Of a DNA stretch of 50,782 bases, positions 8,765 to 17,698 are shown piece by piece. How positions within the stretch are numbered: the stretch's first letter is position 1; each line of letters starts with the position of its first letter. Under the pieces are notes generated by a model that saw nothing but the letters and a program-made list of their open reading frames with translations, was not told the DNA's origin and did no database searches. The DNA is taken from positions 1-50,782 of the forward strand of contig JAEWFX010000021.1 in the NCBI GenBank assembly GCA_023388605.1, in the 5' to 3' direction. This DNA comes from Bacillota bacterium. GTDB taxonomy: Bacteria; Bacillota; Clostridia; Saccharofermentanales; DTU023. The translations under genes were made by a program, and so were the position numbers.

Positions 8765-9429
8765 TGGATTGGTTTCCATTATTTAACTCATTACGAATTG
8801 CTCTGCTGTCGGCGGTGATAACTTTTGCCATCGGCATAACAGTCGCCTACTATGCTACAAATTTTTCTGCTTGGGCAAAATCACTATGCGACATCATCTT
8901 TACTTTGCCGCTTGTCTTGCCTCCGACAGTTATCGGTTTCTTTTTACTAAAACTCCTAGGGCCTCAGCAGGCCCTAGGAAAATTTTTCTTAAAATACTTT
9001 GACTGGCAGATCATCATGACACCTTCTGCCTCAGTATTCGCTACAGTCATAGTCACTCTGCCTCTGTTGTACCGCACTGCACGTGGAGCTTTTGAGAGTT
9101 TTGATCCTCAATTGAAATACGCAGCACAAACTCTAGGCCTCTCCAACTCAAGGATATTTTGGACCATTCAGCTACCCACATGTAAATCTGGAATCCTCGC
9201 AGGCTGTGTGCTTGCTTTCGCACGTGCTCTAGGTGAATACGGAGCCACCGGTATGGTCTCTGGTTACACACCGGGGAAGACTGCCACCATCTCTACCACC
9301 GTATATCAACTTTGGCGTATTGGCGATGATCGCGGTGCCTACACTTGGGTGGCCATCAATATCTTGATCTCCTGTATCGTGCTCTTTTCACTCAATCGCC
9401 TCCAACAAACTGACAAAAAAGTCTTATAG
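8764..9429 (+). CDS. modB: Molybdate ABC transporter permease
   Basis: A 221-aa polytopic protein with an EAA-like loop 'AAQTLGLSNSRIFWTIQLP'. It is translationally coupled to modA (TAATG). Confidence 0.85.
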   Translation: MDWFPLFNSLRIALLSAVITFAIGITVAYYATNFSAWAKSLCDIIFTLPLVLPPTVIGFFLLKLLGPQQALGKFFLKYFDWQIIMTPSASVFATVIVTLPLLYRTARGAFESFDPQLKYAAQTLGLSNSRIFWTIQLPTCKSGILAGCVLAFARALGEYGATGMVSGYTPGKTATISTTVYQLWRIGDDRGAYTWVAINILISCIVLFSLNRLQQTDKKVL

Positions 9430-9430
9430 T

Positions 9431-10516
9431 ATGTTAGAAGTCAATATAAAAAAATCATTTAAGAATTTCTCGCTAATCAGTAATTTTAAGCTGCCACCCC
9501 AAAAAGTATTAGGACTACTCGGCGGATCTGGCGAAGGCAAGAGCTTAACCTTACGTTGCATCGCCGGCATCGATAAGCCTGACAGCGGTTACATACGATT
9601 AAATGGGAAAACATTATTCGACAGCGAACAGGGTATAGATCTAGTCCCTCAAGAACGACATATCGGCTACCTATTTCCTCATTATTCTCTATTCCCCACC
9701 AAAACAGTCACACAAAATATTTTATCTGGACTCATCGCGAATAAAGATCTGACTAAGGAGGAAAAACTCGCACGCGTAGATAAATGGCTGAAACTTTTAC
9801 ATCTAGAAAATCAACAGCATCACAAGCCCAACCAATTGTCGAATGGACAACAGCAACGTACGGCTCTAGCACGTATTTTGATCAATGAACCTGCTGTTTT
9901 ATTGCTGGACGAGCCATTCTCAGCACTGGATAATCTACTTAAATGGCAACTACAAACTGAACTCTGTAAATTGCTAGAACAGTACACAGGCAGTACCATA
10001 CTGGTCACCCACGACATCTCCGAAGTTCAATTGTTGACCGATGAAGTTTGTATTATCGATGAGGGACGCACAGAACCACAGATCACTACTCACAAGTTAC
10101 TGACCCAGCCCTCTACCTATGCTGCTTGCAAACTGACAGGTTGTCGCAATTTTTCTGATTTAAAACGCCTTGGTGACGATGTATTGGCCAGTGATTGGCA
10201 GCTGAAAATACCTACTGAATGGCAGGTACCAGAGCGAGCGCAGAGCCTGGCTCTACGCAACCGCTCTCTTAGACCGACATCAAAAAATTCAGCCCTGCTA
10301 CAGGCTGAAGTCGAACAGATAATCAAAACTCCTCACAGCACTATCTATCAACTTAGAGTAGCTGGTATGACCAAGAATGAGTTGCTGACGATGGAGCTAG
10401 ACTTAAATGAACCCAAATTTACTTTAGGTGAGATCATCCCACTACAAATTCAAGCAAAAGATGTTTTGTGGTGCTATGAACCATATGGAGATAAGCATGA
10501 AAAAAATACCCATTGA
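9431..10516 (+). CDS. modC: Molybdate ABC transporter ATP-binding protein
   Basis: Walker A 'GGSGEGKS', signature 'LSNGQQQR', Walker B 'LLLDEPFSALD', plus a C-terminal extension of roughly 120 aa (TOBE-like position). Confidence 0.8.
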   Translation: MLEVNIKKSFKNFSLISNFKLPPQKVLGLLGGSGEGKSLTLRCIAGIDKPDSGYIRLNGKTLFDSEQGIDLVPQERHIGYLFPHYSLFPTKTVTQNILSGLIANKDLTKEEKLARVDKWLKLLHLENQQHHKPNQLSNGQQQRTALARILINEPAVLLLDEPFSALDNLLKWQLQTELCKLLEQYTGSTILVTHDISEVQLLTDEVCIIDEGRTEPQITTHKLLTQPSTYAACKLTGCRNFSDLKRLGDDVLASDWQLKIPTEWQVPERAQSLALRNRSLRPTSKNSALLQAEVEQIIKTPHSTIYQLRVAGMTKNELLTMELDLNEPKFTLGEIIPLQIQAKDVLWCYEPYGDKHEKNTH

Positions 10517-12164
10517 ACAAGCTGTAGGACAACGACTAGTCCATGACCTGACCGCCATTATGGTCGATGGTTTTAAGGGAGTACGCTTCAAACGCAATCA
10601 TGTAGTTCAAGCTGAAGACCTGGAGACTCTGCGTGATATGGGCAAAAACCATCTCTATGTATGGGAAGATTGCGATAGAGAGCTGATACATGAAGAAGAT
10701 GCTGCCAAACAGTTAGCTGAACAGATTCTCCTCTGCGAAGCCTCTGCTCAAAGTCTGTATGCTGGCGATATTTCTGAGGGCAAGATATCCTTGCATGCTC
10801 GCCATGACGGTATACTCTCGCTCAACCTCTCGGCTCTCTACGAACTCAATCAATTACCTGATTGGACGATGCCCACCTCGATGAATCTCTTGCCTGTACA
10901 CCGCAACGATGTGGTAGCAGCACTGAGAATCGTACCTCTAGCGACTCATTTCAGCAATGTGGACGCGGCTTGTCAATTAGTCAAGGAACAACAACCCCTA
11001 CTGCAGGTCATTCCTTATCGCACACTGCGAGTAGGCATCATGATCACAGGTAACGAGGTGTACGAAGGAAGAATAAAGGACGCCTTCGAGCCCATCTTGC
11101 GCCGCAAACTCAAAGCGTTCCCATCTATCATCTGCGAAGTACGCAAATGTCCTGACGATCTAAAAAAACTATGTAAAAACATCGAGGAATTGAGTAAAAT
11201 CTGCGACCTACTACTGTTGACTGGCGGTATGTCGGTAGATCCCGACGATCTGACACCCACGGCGATCAAGCGTATGGCGACCACCTTGATCACTCAAGGC
11301 GTACCTATGCAACCTGGCAATATGCTGACCATCGCCGAAGGTATCAACAACACTGTCCTCTTGGGAATTCCCGGAGCATCTATGCATGCTCCTGCCACCT
11401 CGCTCGACATATTCTTGCCGCGTATTTTTGCTGACATGTTACCCACCGCAGCTGAGATCAGCGCTCTAGCTATCGGCGGTCTGAGATCACCGAACTATCA
11501 CTGTTGGCCGACTCTACCGCTGAGAGAATTACAGGCAGATTTCTCTGATATAAGTGAAGACTTACATATGAACAGTGGAGATAGTTGCTGCTGTTGCGGA
11601 GATTCTAGTAAGGCCACTGAATCTGCACATCGACACCACGAGCTACAACAAAGCTCTGATTGTGCTTATCGTGTAGGTATATTGACTATCAGTGACAAGG
11701 GTAGTCGCGGTGAACGCATAGACAAATCTGGACCTGCAATTCAAGAAATTCTCAGAGAACAAGCCTCACTCTGGCAGATCGAAAAGCAAGCTCTAGTAGC
11801 CGATGAACCGATTGAGATAAATAAATTCTTCGAAGCAGCTGTCTCAGAGGGCATGGATTTAGTTTTGACAACTGGCGGCACTGGCTGTGGTCCTCGTGAC
11901 AACACACCTGAAGTCACAAAAGATTTCTGCGACCGGCTAGCTCCTGGCATCGCTGAATTCATGCGTTTAGAGGGTCTCAAACACACTGAGAGTGCGATGT
12001 TGTCCAGAGCTATATGCGGCATCAAAAAAGAAACTTTGATCGTCAACTTGCCGGGTAGTCCAAAAGCGATCGAGGAAGTATTGCCAGCCACCCTCAAGCT
12101 GCTTAAACACGCTTTGAAGACTCTAAAACAACCACAACACGACTGCCACATAGCTTCCAAATAA
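10497..12164 (+). CDS. Fusion of a MoeA-like MoCF-binding domain protein and MogA/MoaB-type molybdopterin adenylyltransferase
   Basis: The N-terminal half carries 'LLLTGGMSVDPDDLT' and 'GIPGASMH'. The C-terminal part carries 'VGILTISDKGS', 'LVLTTGGTGCGPRDNTPE' and 'NLPGSPKA'. A Cys/His-rich linker 'SGDSCCCCGDS...HRHH' joins them. I set the start at the ATG at 10497 (GGAG 6 nt upstream); the ORF track starts at 10428, inside modC. Confidence 0.7.
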   Translation: MKKIPIEQAVGQRLVHDLTAIMVDGFKGVRFKRNHVVQAEDLETLRDMGKNHLYVWEDCDRELIHEEDAAKQLAEQILLCEASAQSLYAGDISEGKISLHARHDGILSLNLSALYELNQLPDWTMPTSMNLLPVHRNDVVAALRIVPLATHFSNVDAACQLVKEQQPLLQVIPYRTLRVGIMITGNEVYEGRIKDAFEPILRRKLKAFPSIICEVRKCPDDLKKLCKNIEELSKICDLLLLTGGMSVDPDDLTPTAIKRMATTLITQGVPMQPGNMLTIAEGINNTVLLGIPGASMHAPATSLDIFLPRIFADMLPTAAEISALAIGGLRSPNYHCWPTLPLRELQADFSDISEDLHMNSGDSCCCCGDSSKATESAHRHHELQQSSDCAYRVGILTISDKGSRGERIDKSGPAIQEILREQASLWQIEKQALVADEPIEINKFFEAAVSEGMDLVLTTGGTGCGPRDNTPEVTKDFCDRLAPGIAEFMRLEGLKHTESAMLSRAICGIKKETLIVNLPGSPKAIEEVLPATLKLLKHALKTLKQPQHDCHIASK

Positions 12165-12192
12165 AGTATGATGTAAGAAGGAGGTAAGCCAC

Positions 12193-12825
12193 ATGAATTT
12201 TAAACATATTTGTTCAGAATTATTAATCCGCAGCGATCAAGAACGTGCCGAACAGATGAGTGCTTATCTCAACAATCGTTTTCGCTTCATCGGCATACGT
12301 GCTCAAGAACGCAAGCAGATAACTGCCGATCTTTGGGATGATGCAAAGAAAGAAGTGGCTGAACAAGGTCTCGACACTGTCTTCATCGATGCTTGCCTCG
12401 ACCAAAATTTTCGTGAATTTCAATATATAACTATTGAGTATCTCAACCAGGTTAAAGATGAACTCAAGGTTACTGATCTCGAAACAGTCAAGCGTGTCGC
12501 ACTGCACCAGCCTTGGTGGGATACTGTCGATGCCTGCTTCAATCTGATCGGATATCTAGCTTATAAATACCCCGAGGTGAAAGAGGAAGTACGTCGCTGG
12601 GCTGAGTCAGACAATATCTGGTTGCGACGTCTGGCCATTCTCCATCAAAATGGTTATTTCGAACATACTGATCCTAACCTATTAGCAGAGATACTCGATC
12701 TCAACTATGACCACGACGCTTTGATGGTGAGAAGAGCAGTGGAATGGGCGCTGAAACAATACGCCAAAATAGATGCTGATTGGGTCGACAACTATCGCCG
12801 ACAACATGATTTAACTGAAGCTTAG
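12193..12825 (+). CDS. DNA alkylation repair protein (AlkC/AlkD-like HEAT-repeat family)
   Basis: The N-terminal 'MSAYLNNRFRFIGIRAQERKQI' matches the family pattern (M.YM...F.F.GI..P.R). Also seen are 'IWLRRLAIL' and a GAAGGAGG RBS. Confidence 0.65.
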   Translation: MNFKHICSELLIRSDQERAEQMSAYLNNRFRFIGIRAQERKQITADLWDDAKKEVAEQGLDTVFIDACLDQNFREFQYITIEYLNQVKDELKVTDLETVKRVALHQPWWDTVDACFNLIGYLAYKYPEVKEEVRRWAESDNIWLRRLAILHQNGYFEHTDPNLLAEILDLNYDHDALMVRRAVEWALKQYAKIDADWVDNYRRQHDLTEA

Positions 12826-13532
12826 AACTTTTCTGTCGATCGGAGCAAGGCTTCTGCGATAGCTAGATCAGCTTGAGTAGTTATCTTGATATTCATAGCG
12901 TCACCGATGACCATGTATACTGGCTCATCTCGCAGGACAAATACCTTGCAAGCATCCGTCAATCCAGCTCTCTCTTCGTCGCTCAAACTCCTGTAGATCT
13001 CTCGGTACTTATCTATGTGAAAACTTTGCGGAGTCTGACTGTGATACAAGTGATGGCGCTCTGGAATGTGGTGGAGAAAATTACCATCATAAGAGATGAT
13101 CATGGTATCTACTGCCGGCACGACTGTATCCAACATGGCATGCTCTTTCAATCCGTCTAGATGTTCGCGTAAAATCTGCTCTGAAATTAAAGGGCGCACA
13201 GCGTCGTGAGTCACAATGCTATGTCCTCTGCCGTACTCAGATTCGATCGCAGTGAGGACGAGGTCAAGACTCTCGGCTCGTTCACAGCCACCTGCTAACA
13301 CCACTATACGTTCATCAGTCTGCAATGCGTATTCTGCCAACAACGAAGTAAAATAATCTTGCCATTCTGCTTTGATCGCAATGTATATTTTGGTGAATTC
13401 CTCGATGGATAGAAATTTCTCGAGAGTACGGATGATAATGGGTCGACCAGCTAGTGACAAAAACTGCTTGGGCAGATTTTGCATATTCATACGTGTACCC
13501 GAGCCACCTGCTAAAATTCCAGCAAAAATCAT
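12822..13532 (-). CDS. IspD/TarI-family cytidylyltransferase, closer by eye to ribitol-5-phosphate cytidylyltransferase TarI
   Basis: Motifs 'AGILAGGSGTRM..LPKQF', 'THDAVRP', 'SQTPQSF' and 'LTDACKVF' (TarI-like; IspD has TDDAS here). I set the start at the ATG at 13532 (MIFAGIL), 8 nt after GAGG. Confidence 0.7.
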   Translation of the reverse strand: MIFAGILAGGSGTRMNMQNLPKQFLSLAGRPIIIRTLEKFLSIEEFTKIYIAIKAEWQDYFTSLLAEYALQTDERIVVLAGGCERAESLDLVLTAIESEYGRGHSIVTHDAVRPLISEQILREHLDGLKEHAMLDTVVPAVDTMIISYDGNFLHHIPERHHLYHSQTPQSFHIDKYREIYRSLSDEERAGLTDACKVFVLRDEPVYMVIGDAMNIKITTQADLAIAEALLRSTEKF

Positions 13533-13612
13533 CCGCATCACCTCACTAAGCATGCTCTATTTTGCACTCTGCATTTTTGAATAGCAACTGATACATAGTT
13601 ATCAAGAGAAAG

Positions 13613-13640
13613 ATATAAAAAGGGAGAACCTTGTCTCCCC
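13613..13640 (-). terminator. Intrinsic terminator of the scrA-scrB operon
   Basis: The minus strand reads GGGAGA-CAAGGU-UCUCCC followed by UUUUUAUAU, starting 7 nt after the scrB stop. Confidence 0.8.
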
Positions 13641-13646
13641 TGTTTA

Positions 13647-15044
13647 TCAATATATACTTCTCATCTGCCAGATAGCTGGATCCGAACTCGTACCCTTAAA
13701 CTCAATCTTGAGCTTCTCTTGGCTCAACGGGAACCAACGATTGCTAAAGACTATCTCTCCATCATCGACAAAGATTTCTAGAGCAGAATTATCGATCAAA
13801 ATACGCAATCGAGAAAGCATCGAGCAATGAACACTCCTCACTGTACGCCCTAAGCCCAATTCTACATCGCTAAACGCCAGCTCCAAAGTTTGATCTCGAT
13901 AACTGAGCTCGAGCCCAGCATCTAGAGTCAGAGAAAAATTACCCGTCAAATCAGTTATCTCTAAGTCGACTAAGTGACTTGCAGATTCTGCTGACCAAGC
14001 ATCAACTTTGACATCAGCTGCGATCCGCTCTGTACGCAGCTGTTTCAATTCATCTACAGGACGCTGTACAAGCTTGCCTCTGGCATTCATCTGTATCTCG
14101 CGAAGAACAGTCAAACAATGACACCAGGGTGCTTGTGCCGGTGCACTCTCATAAGGCGCAATCGGCAAGCCCAGCCAACCTATCAGCAAAATTCGTCCCT
14201 TTGGATCGGTAAAAGTCTGGGGAGCATAAAACTCAAAACCGTAGTCCCATTTAGTGAAGGCTGACTGATCGACTATCGGAGCGTCACTGAGTTTTTCTCC
14301 CTCTCCTAAAGGAACGTAGCCCGATTGATCTCTGAGCCCAAAGCTCCAAGGATATTGCTCCATCCCTTGAGGGCAGAATACCAAAAACTCTTTGCCAGCG
14401 ATCTCAATGCGATCTGGGCACTCCCACATATAACCGAAAGGCTCGGCACTCTCTAATTTGCAATGCAAATCCCAAACTCTGCCGTTTTGTGAGGTATAGA
14501 GCAAAGCTAAACCCCTGGACTCTAAGTCTCTAGCTCCGAGCAACATCCACCAACGCTCGTCGTCACGCCAAACTTTAGGATCACGCACATGCTGGCTCAA
14601 GGTTGCTGGATAATCTTTCTCTTGCAAAATTAATTGCTTAGTAGCCTCAGCAATATCACCAGCGGAATCAACTTCGATTAGAACTTGATTAGCTTCACGG
14701 CCATTGTAGATGTAGTCAAAATCGCCAGGGTGTTTGACATTGCCGGTGTAGTAGAGATGCAAAACATCTTTGTCTGCACTGGGCAGTACCACGGCTGAAC
14801 CTGAATAGGCTCCATTTGCTTCAAATGCCAACCCAGGTTTGATGACCATGCCGTGATGACGCCAATCGACTAGATCTACACTGCTGTAATGTCCCCATCC
14901 CCTAGCTGCATCTGCCTTCGGCCAATCCGGACTGTATTGGTGAAATACATGGTATTCGCCAGCAAAATAACAGAGACCATTGGGATCATTTAACCACCCT
15001 CTGGGAGGTCTGAGATGATAGCCCTCGCACCAAAAATTTTCCAT
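13647..15044 (-). CDS. scrB: Sucrose-6-phosphate hydrolase (GH32)
   Basis: GH32 catalytic motifs 'WLNDPNGL', 'RDPKV' and 'MWECPD'. It lies directly downstream of the sucrose PTS gene. Confidence 0.88.
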   Translation of the reverse strand: MENFWCEGYHLRPPRGWLNDPNGLCYFAGEYHVFHQYSPDWPKADAARGWGHYSSVDLVDWRHHGMVIKPGLAFEANGAYSGSAVVLPSADKDVLHLYYTGNVKHPGDFDYIYNGREANQVLIEVDSAGDIAEATKQLILQEKDYPATLSQHVRDPKVWRDDERWWMLLGARDLESRGLALLYTSQNGRVWDLHCKLESAEPFGYMWECPDRIEIAGKEFLVFCPQGMEQYPWSFGLRDQSGYVPLGEGEKLSDAPIVDQSAFTKWDYGFEFYAPQTFTDPKGRILLIGWLGLPIAPYESAPAQAPWCHCLTVLREIQMNARGKLVQRPVDELKQLRTERIAADVKVDAWSAESASHLVDLEITDLTGNFSLTLDAGLELSYRDQTLELAFSDVELGLGRTVRSVHCSMLSRLRILIDNSALEIFVDDGEIVFSNRWFPLSQEKLKIEFKGTSSDPAIWQMRSIY

Positions 15045-16472
15045 CTACTTTTTTCTCTTCAAGCTGATTTTTCCACTTCCCTGCTCGTCTTTGAAGATCA
15101 AGTAAGAGATCACAAAAGCTACCACGGCTGAGATGGCGAACATCAAAATATACTGCAAGGGTTGATCTAAGCAGAGCAAGATGCCGAAGATACCTGTGAC
15201 ACCAGTTCCCTTCGCTCCCAAACTGACAATCGAAGCAAACATCGCGCCGACACCACCACCGATACAGCCAGCGATGAAAGGTCGTACGAAGCGTAGGTTG
15301 ACACCGAAGATGGCTGGTTCTGTGATGCCTAAGAAAGCTGACAGTGAAGCAGGTAAGGCAAGAGATCTGGTCTTACTGTTTTTGGTGCGTACAGCGACGG
15401 CCAGAGCAGCTGCACCCTGAGCAATATTGGCGGCACTGGCGAGTGGCAACCAATAGGTAGCTCCGTAGGCTGCGATCTGTCCTAAATCGATGGTAGTGTA
15501 CATTTGGTGGATACCAGTAACCACAGTCGGAGCATAGAAAAGACCCATGACCAAGCTGCCGATACCCATGGGCAATGTGAGTAAGAAGAGGATGGCACCC
15601 AAAATAGCGTTTTCAGCCCAGACGAAGATGGGGCCAACACCGAGCAATACGATGAAAGCAACAGCCGATACAGAAACTAAGGGTGTTACAAATAGATCGA
15701 TGGTAGCAGGCACAATCTTATGCAGACGTTTCTCAATCACAGCTAATAGCCAACAAGCTATGACGATGGGGATGACATGTCCTTGATAGCCCACCCAGTC
15801 AATGCTGTAGAGACCAGGAACGACTGCAAAAGTCTGTGCCACACCGTCAGTAGCGACACTGTAAGCGTTCTGCAGGCCAGGGTTGATCATGATCATGCCG
15901 ACAACAGCACCGAGATAGGGGTTGGCACCGAAGGCTTTGGCCGCCGAGAAGCCGATCAAAATCTGCAAGAAAGTGAAGGCAGTGTTAGATACTAAGTTCA
16001 GTGTCTGATACCAAGCATTATCTGTATTAACTTGAATAAAGCCATTGCTGTCCATGAAGTTAATTGCACTGAGAATACCCAGCAAGAGACCAGAGGCTAC
16101 GATGGCTGGAATAATTGGCACAAAGACATCGCCCAACACTTTGATCACTTTTATCACTGGATTTTTCGGACCATTGGCTAAGGCAGCTTCTTTCACCTCT
16201 TCTTTAGAAGCTGTCTCAACACCACTCAGTTTGGCGAACTCCTCGTAAACTTTATTGACTGTGCCAGTTCCGAAGATAATCTGCATCTGTCCCTGAGCTT
16301 TGAAATTACCACTCGCTCCTGAAATCTCATCGACCAAAGCTTGATCGACCTTGCTATCATCTGCGAGAACTAAACGCATTCTTGTCGCACAGTGAGCAGC
16401 TGAGACAATGTTCTCTTTGCCACCGACGGCTGCCAACACTTCTTGTGCAGCCTGCTTGTAATCTAAGGCCAT
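15045..16472 (-). CDS. scrA: PTS sucrose-specific EIIBC component
   Basis: An N-terminal EIIB cysteine motif 'AAHCATRMRLVL' is followed by a polytopic EIIC domain. No EIIA domain is present. Confidence 0.85.
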   Translation of the reverse strand: MALDYKQAAQEVLAAVGGKENIVSAAHCATRMRLVLADDSKVDQALVDEISGASGNFKAQGQMQIIFGTGTVNKVYEEFAKLSGVETASKEEVKEAALANGPKNPVIKVIKVLGDVFVPIIPAIVASGLLLGILSAINFMDSNGFIQVNTDNAWYQTLNLVSNTAFTFLQILIGFSAAKAFGANPYLGAVVGMIMINPGLQNAYSVATDGVAQTFAVVPGLYSIDWVGYQGHVIPIVIACWLLAVIEKRLHKIVPATIDLFVTPLVSVSAVAFIVLLGVGPIFVWAENAILGAILFLLTLPMGIGSLVMGLFYAPTVVTGIHQMYTTIDLGQIAAYGATYWLPLASAANIAQGAAALAVAVRTKNSKTRSLALPASLSAFLGITEPAIFGVNLRFVRPFIAGCIGGGVGAMFASIVSLGAKGTGVTGIFGILLCLDQPLQYILMFAISAVVAFVISYLIFKDEQGSGKISLKRKK

Positions 16473-16513
16473 ACGTCCCTCCTGTATGTGACTAAAAAAT
16501 AAAAATAATAGAA

Positions 16514-16543
16514 ATGTGGTATCGATTCCACATACACATTATA
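16514..16543 (-). promoter_or_regulatory. scrA promoter -10 plus a LacI-family (ScrR) operator
   Basis: A 20-bp palindrome ATGTGGTATCGATTCCACAT (16514..16533, 18/20 symmetric, central CG) lies 4 nt downstream of a minus-strand TATAAT (16543..16538). That places it over the predicted transcription start. Confidence 0.6.
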
Positions 16544-16607
16544 TAAATAAATCTCCGCTCTGAATCACCAAATATTTATAGTTAAAATTGTGCTATTTGT
16601 AGATAAG

Positions 16608-17588
16608 TTATCTGGTGGATAAACGTTCGATGATCTGGTAGTCCATCTCTAGATGTTCGACAGCACGCTGCCTATCTTTGATCAGCTCTAGTAGACGTTC
16701 GGCAGCTAAGCCTGCTGATTGAAAATATGAATAGTGAATGGTGGTCAGAGGTGGCACGACATAGGGTGATATCTTAGCATTACCCACTCCTGTAACTTGA
16801 ACCTGCTCTGGTACCTTGAGCCCTTGTTCTACGAGTTTAGCGATAACTCCTAGAGCTATATGATCGCTGGCACACATAATGGTATCCACTCTAGGTATAT
16901 CCGCCAGTATTTCTCCTGCTAAGCGATAGCCAGACTCTTCGTTGAAACCGGCGACATAGGTAGGTGGATTACCTCCCAGACCGCACTCTTGATAGGCATC
17001 ACAAAAAGCCTTTGTCCGCATCTTACCTGCCGATATATCCTCAGAAAGAACTCCGATGTATGCTGCTTTTTGGGCTTTTTTCAGCACCTTTTTCGCCAAC
17101 TTGAACATCGCTTGATAGTCCGGCTGAAAAATGCTAGTCACTCCTGCCGCAGACTGATTTAACACTACTACAGGGATAGTTAATTCATGCAGTAACTTAC
17201 GATGCTGTGCAGTCAAGACTGTACCGATCAGAACCACACCATCGACATTGCCAGCTCGTGTGAATAGCTCTAGGAAATCCAACTCTTTCTTTTCGTCGTT
17301 CGCCACATTTGCGAGCAACATCTGATAGCCTCGACTATTGAGAAATTGGCTCATGCCTGAGACCATTTCGCTAACTGATGCTGAATTGATCTTGGGTATG
17401 ATGACACCTATGACTTGTGTCTTACCGGTACGTAGAGTTTTGGCGGTACGAGAAGGGACATAACCAGTTTCAGCGATAACTTCAGCTATTTTTTGACGAT
17501 TGGCTTGTGAAACATAGCCATCGTTCAGATAGCGTGAAACTGTCGCTTTAGAAACTCCTGCTAGCTCGGCAATTTTGCTGATGTCCAT
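16608..17588 (-). CDS. scrR: LacI-family transcriptional repressor (sucrose operon repressor)
   Basis: It has the N-terminal HTH 'IAELAGVSKATVSRYLN' and a periplasmic-binding-protein-like effector domain. It is adjacent to scrAB. Confidence 0.8.
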   Translation of the reverse strand: MDISKIAELAGVSKATVSRYLNDGYVSQANRQKIAEVIAETGYVPSRTAKTLRTGKTQVIGVIIPKINSASVSEMVSGMSQFLNSRGYQMLLANVANDEKKELDFLELFTRAGNVDGVVLIGTVLTAQHRKLLHELTIPVVVLNQSAAGVTSIFQPDYQAMFKLAKKVLKKAQKAAYIGVLSEDISAGKMRTKAFCDAYQECGLGGNPPTYVAGFNEESGYRLAGEILADIPRVDTIMCASDHIALGVIAKLVEQGLKVPEQVQVTGVGNAKISPYVVPPLTTIHYSYFQSAGLAAERLLELIKDRQRAVEHLEMDYQIIERLSTR

Positions 17589-17698
17589 TTTGCACTCCGC
17601 TCAGTTAACTCTTTTTGACTATTTTATATTCTATAGCAATTTGACAATTACTGACTCTGCACAGAAAATGAGAACGCTAAAAAATATTAAGAGGTCAT

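Noticed and set aside
8438-8779. A 113-aa ORF antisense to modA. Similar long antisense or alternate-frame ORFs occur at 4860..5252, 11741..12160, 27389..27760, 29440..29748 and 43807..44142.
   Set aside because: All lie fully inside well-supported genes with clear family motifs. They lack an RBS and have biased, low-complexity translations typical of shadow ORFs.
10428-10496. An upstream extension of the MoeA-like/MogA ORF inside modC.
   Set aside because: It has no RBS. The ATG at 10497 has GGAG at the proper spacing and begins the conserved 'MKKIPIEQA' N-terminus.
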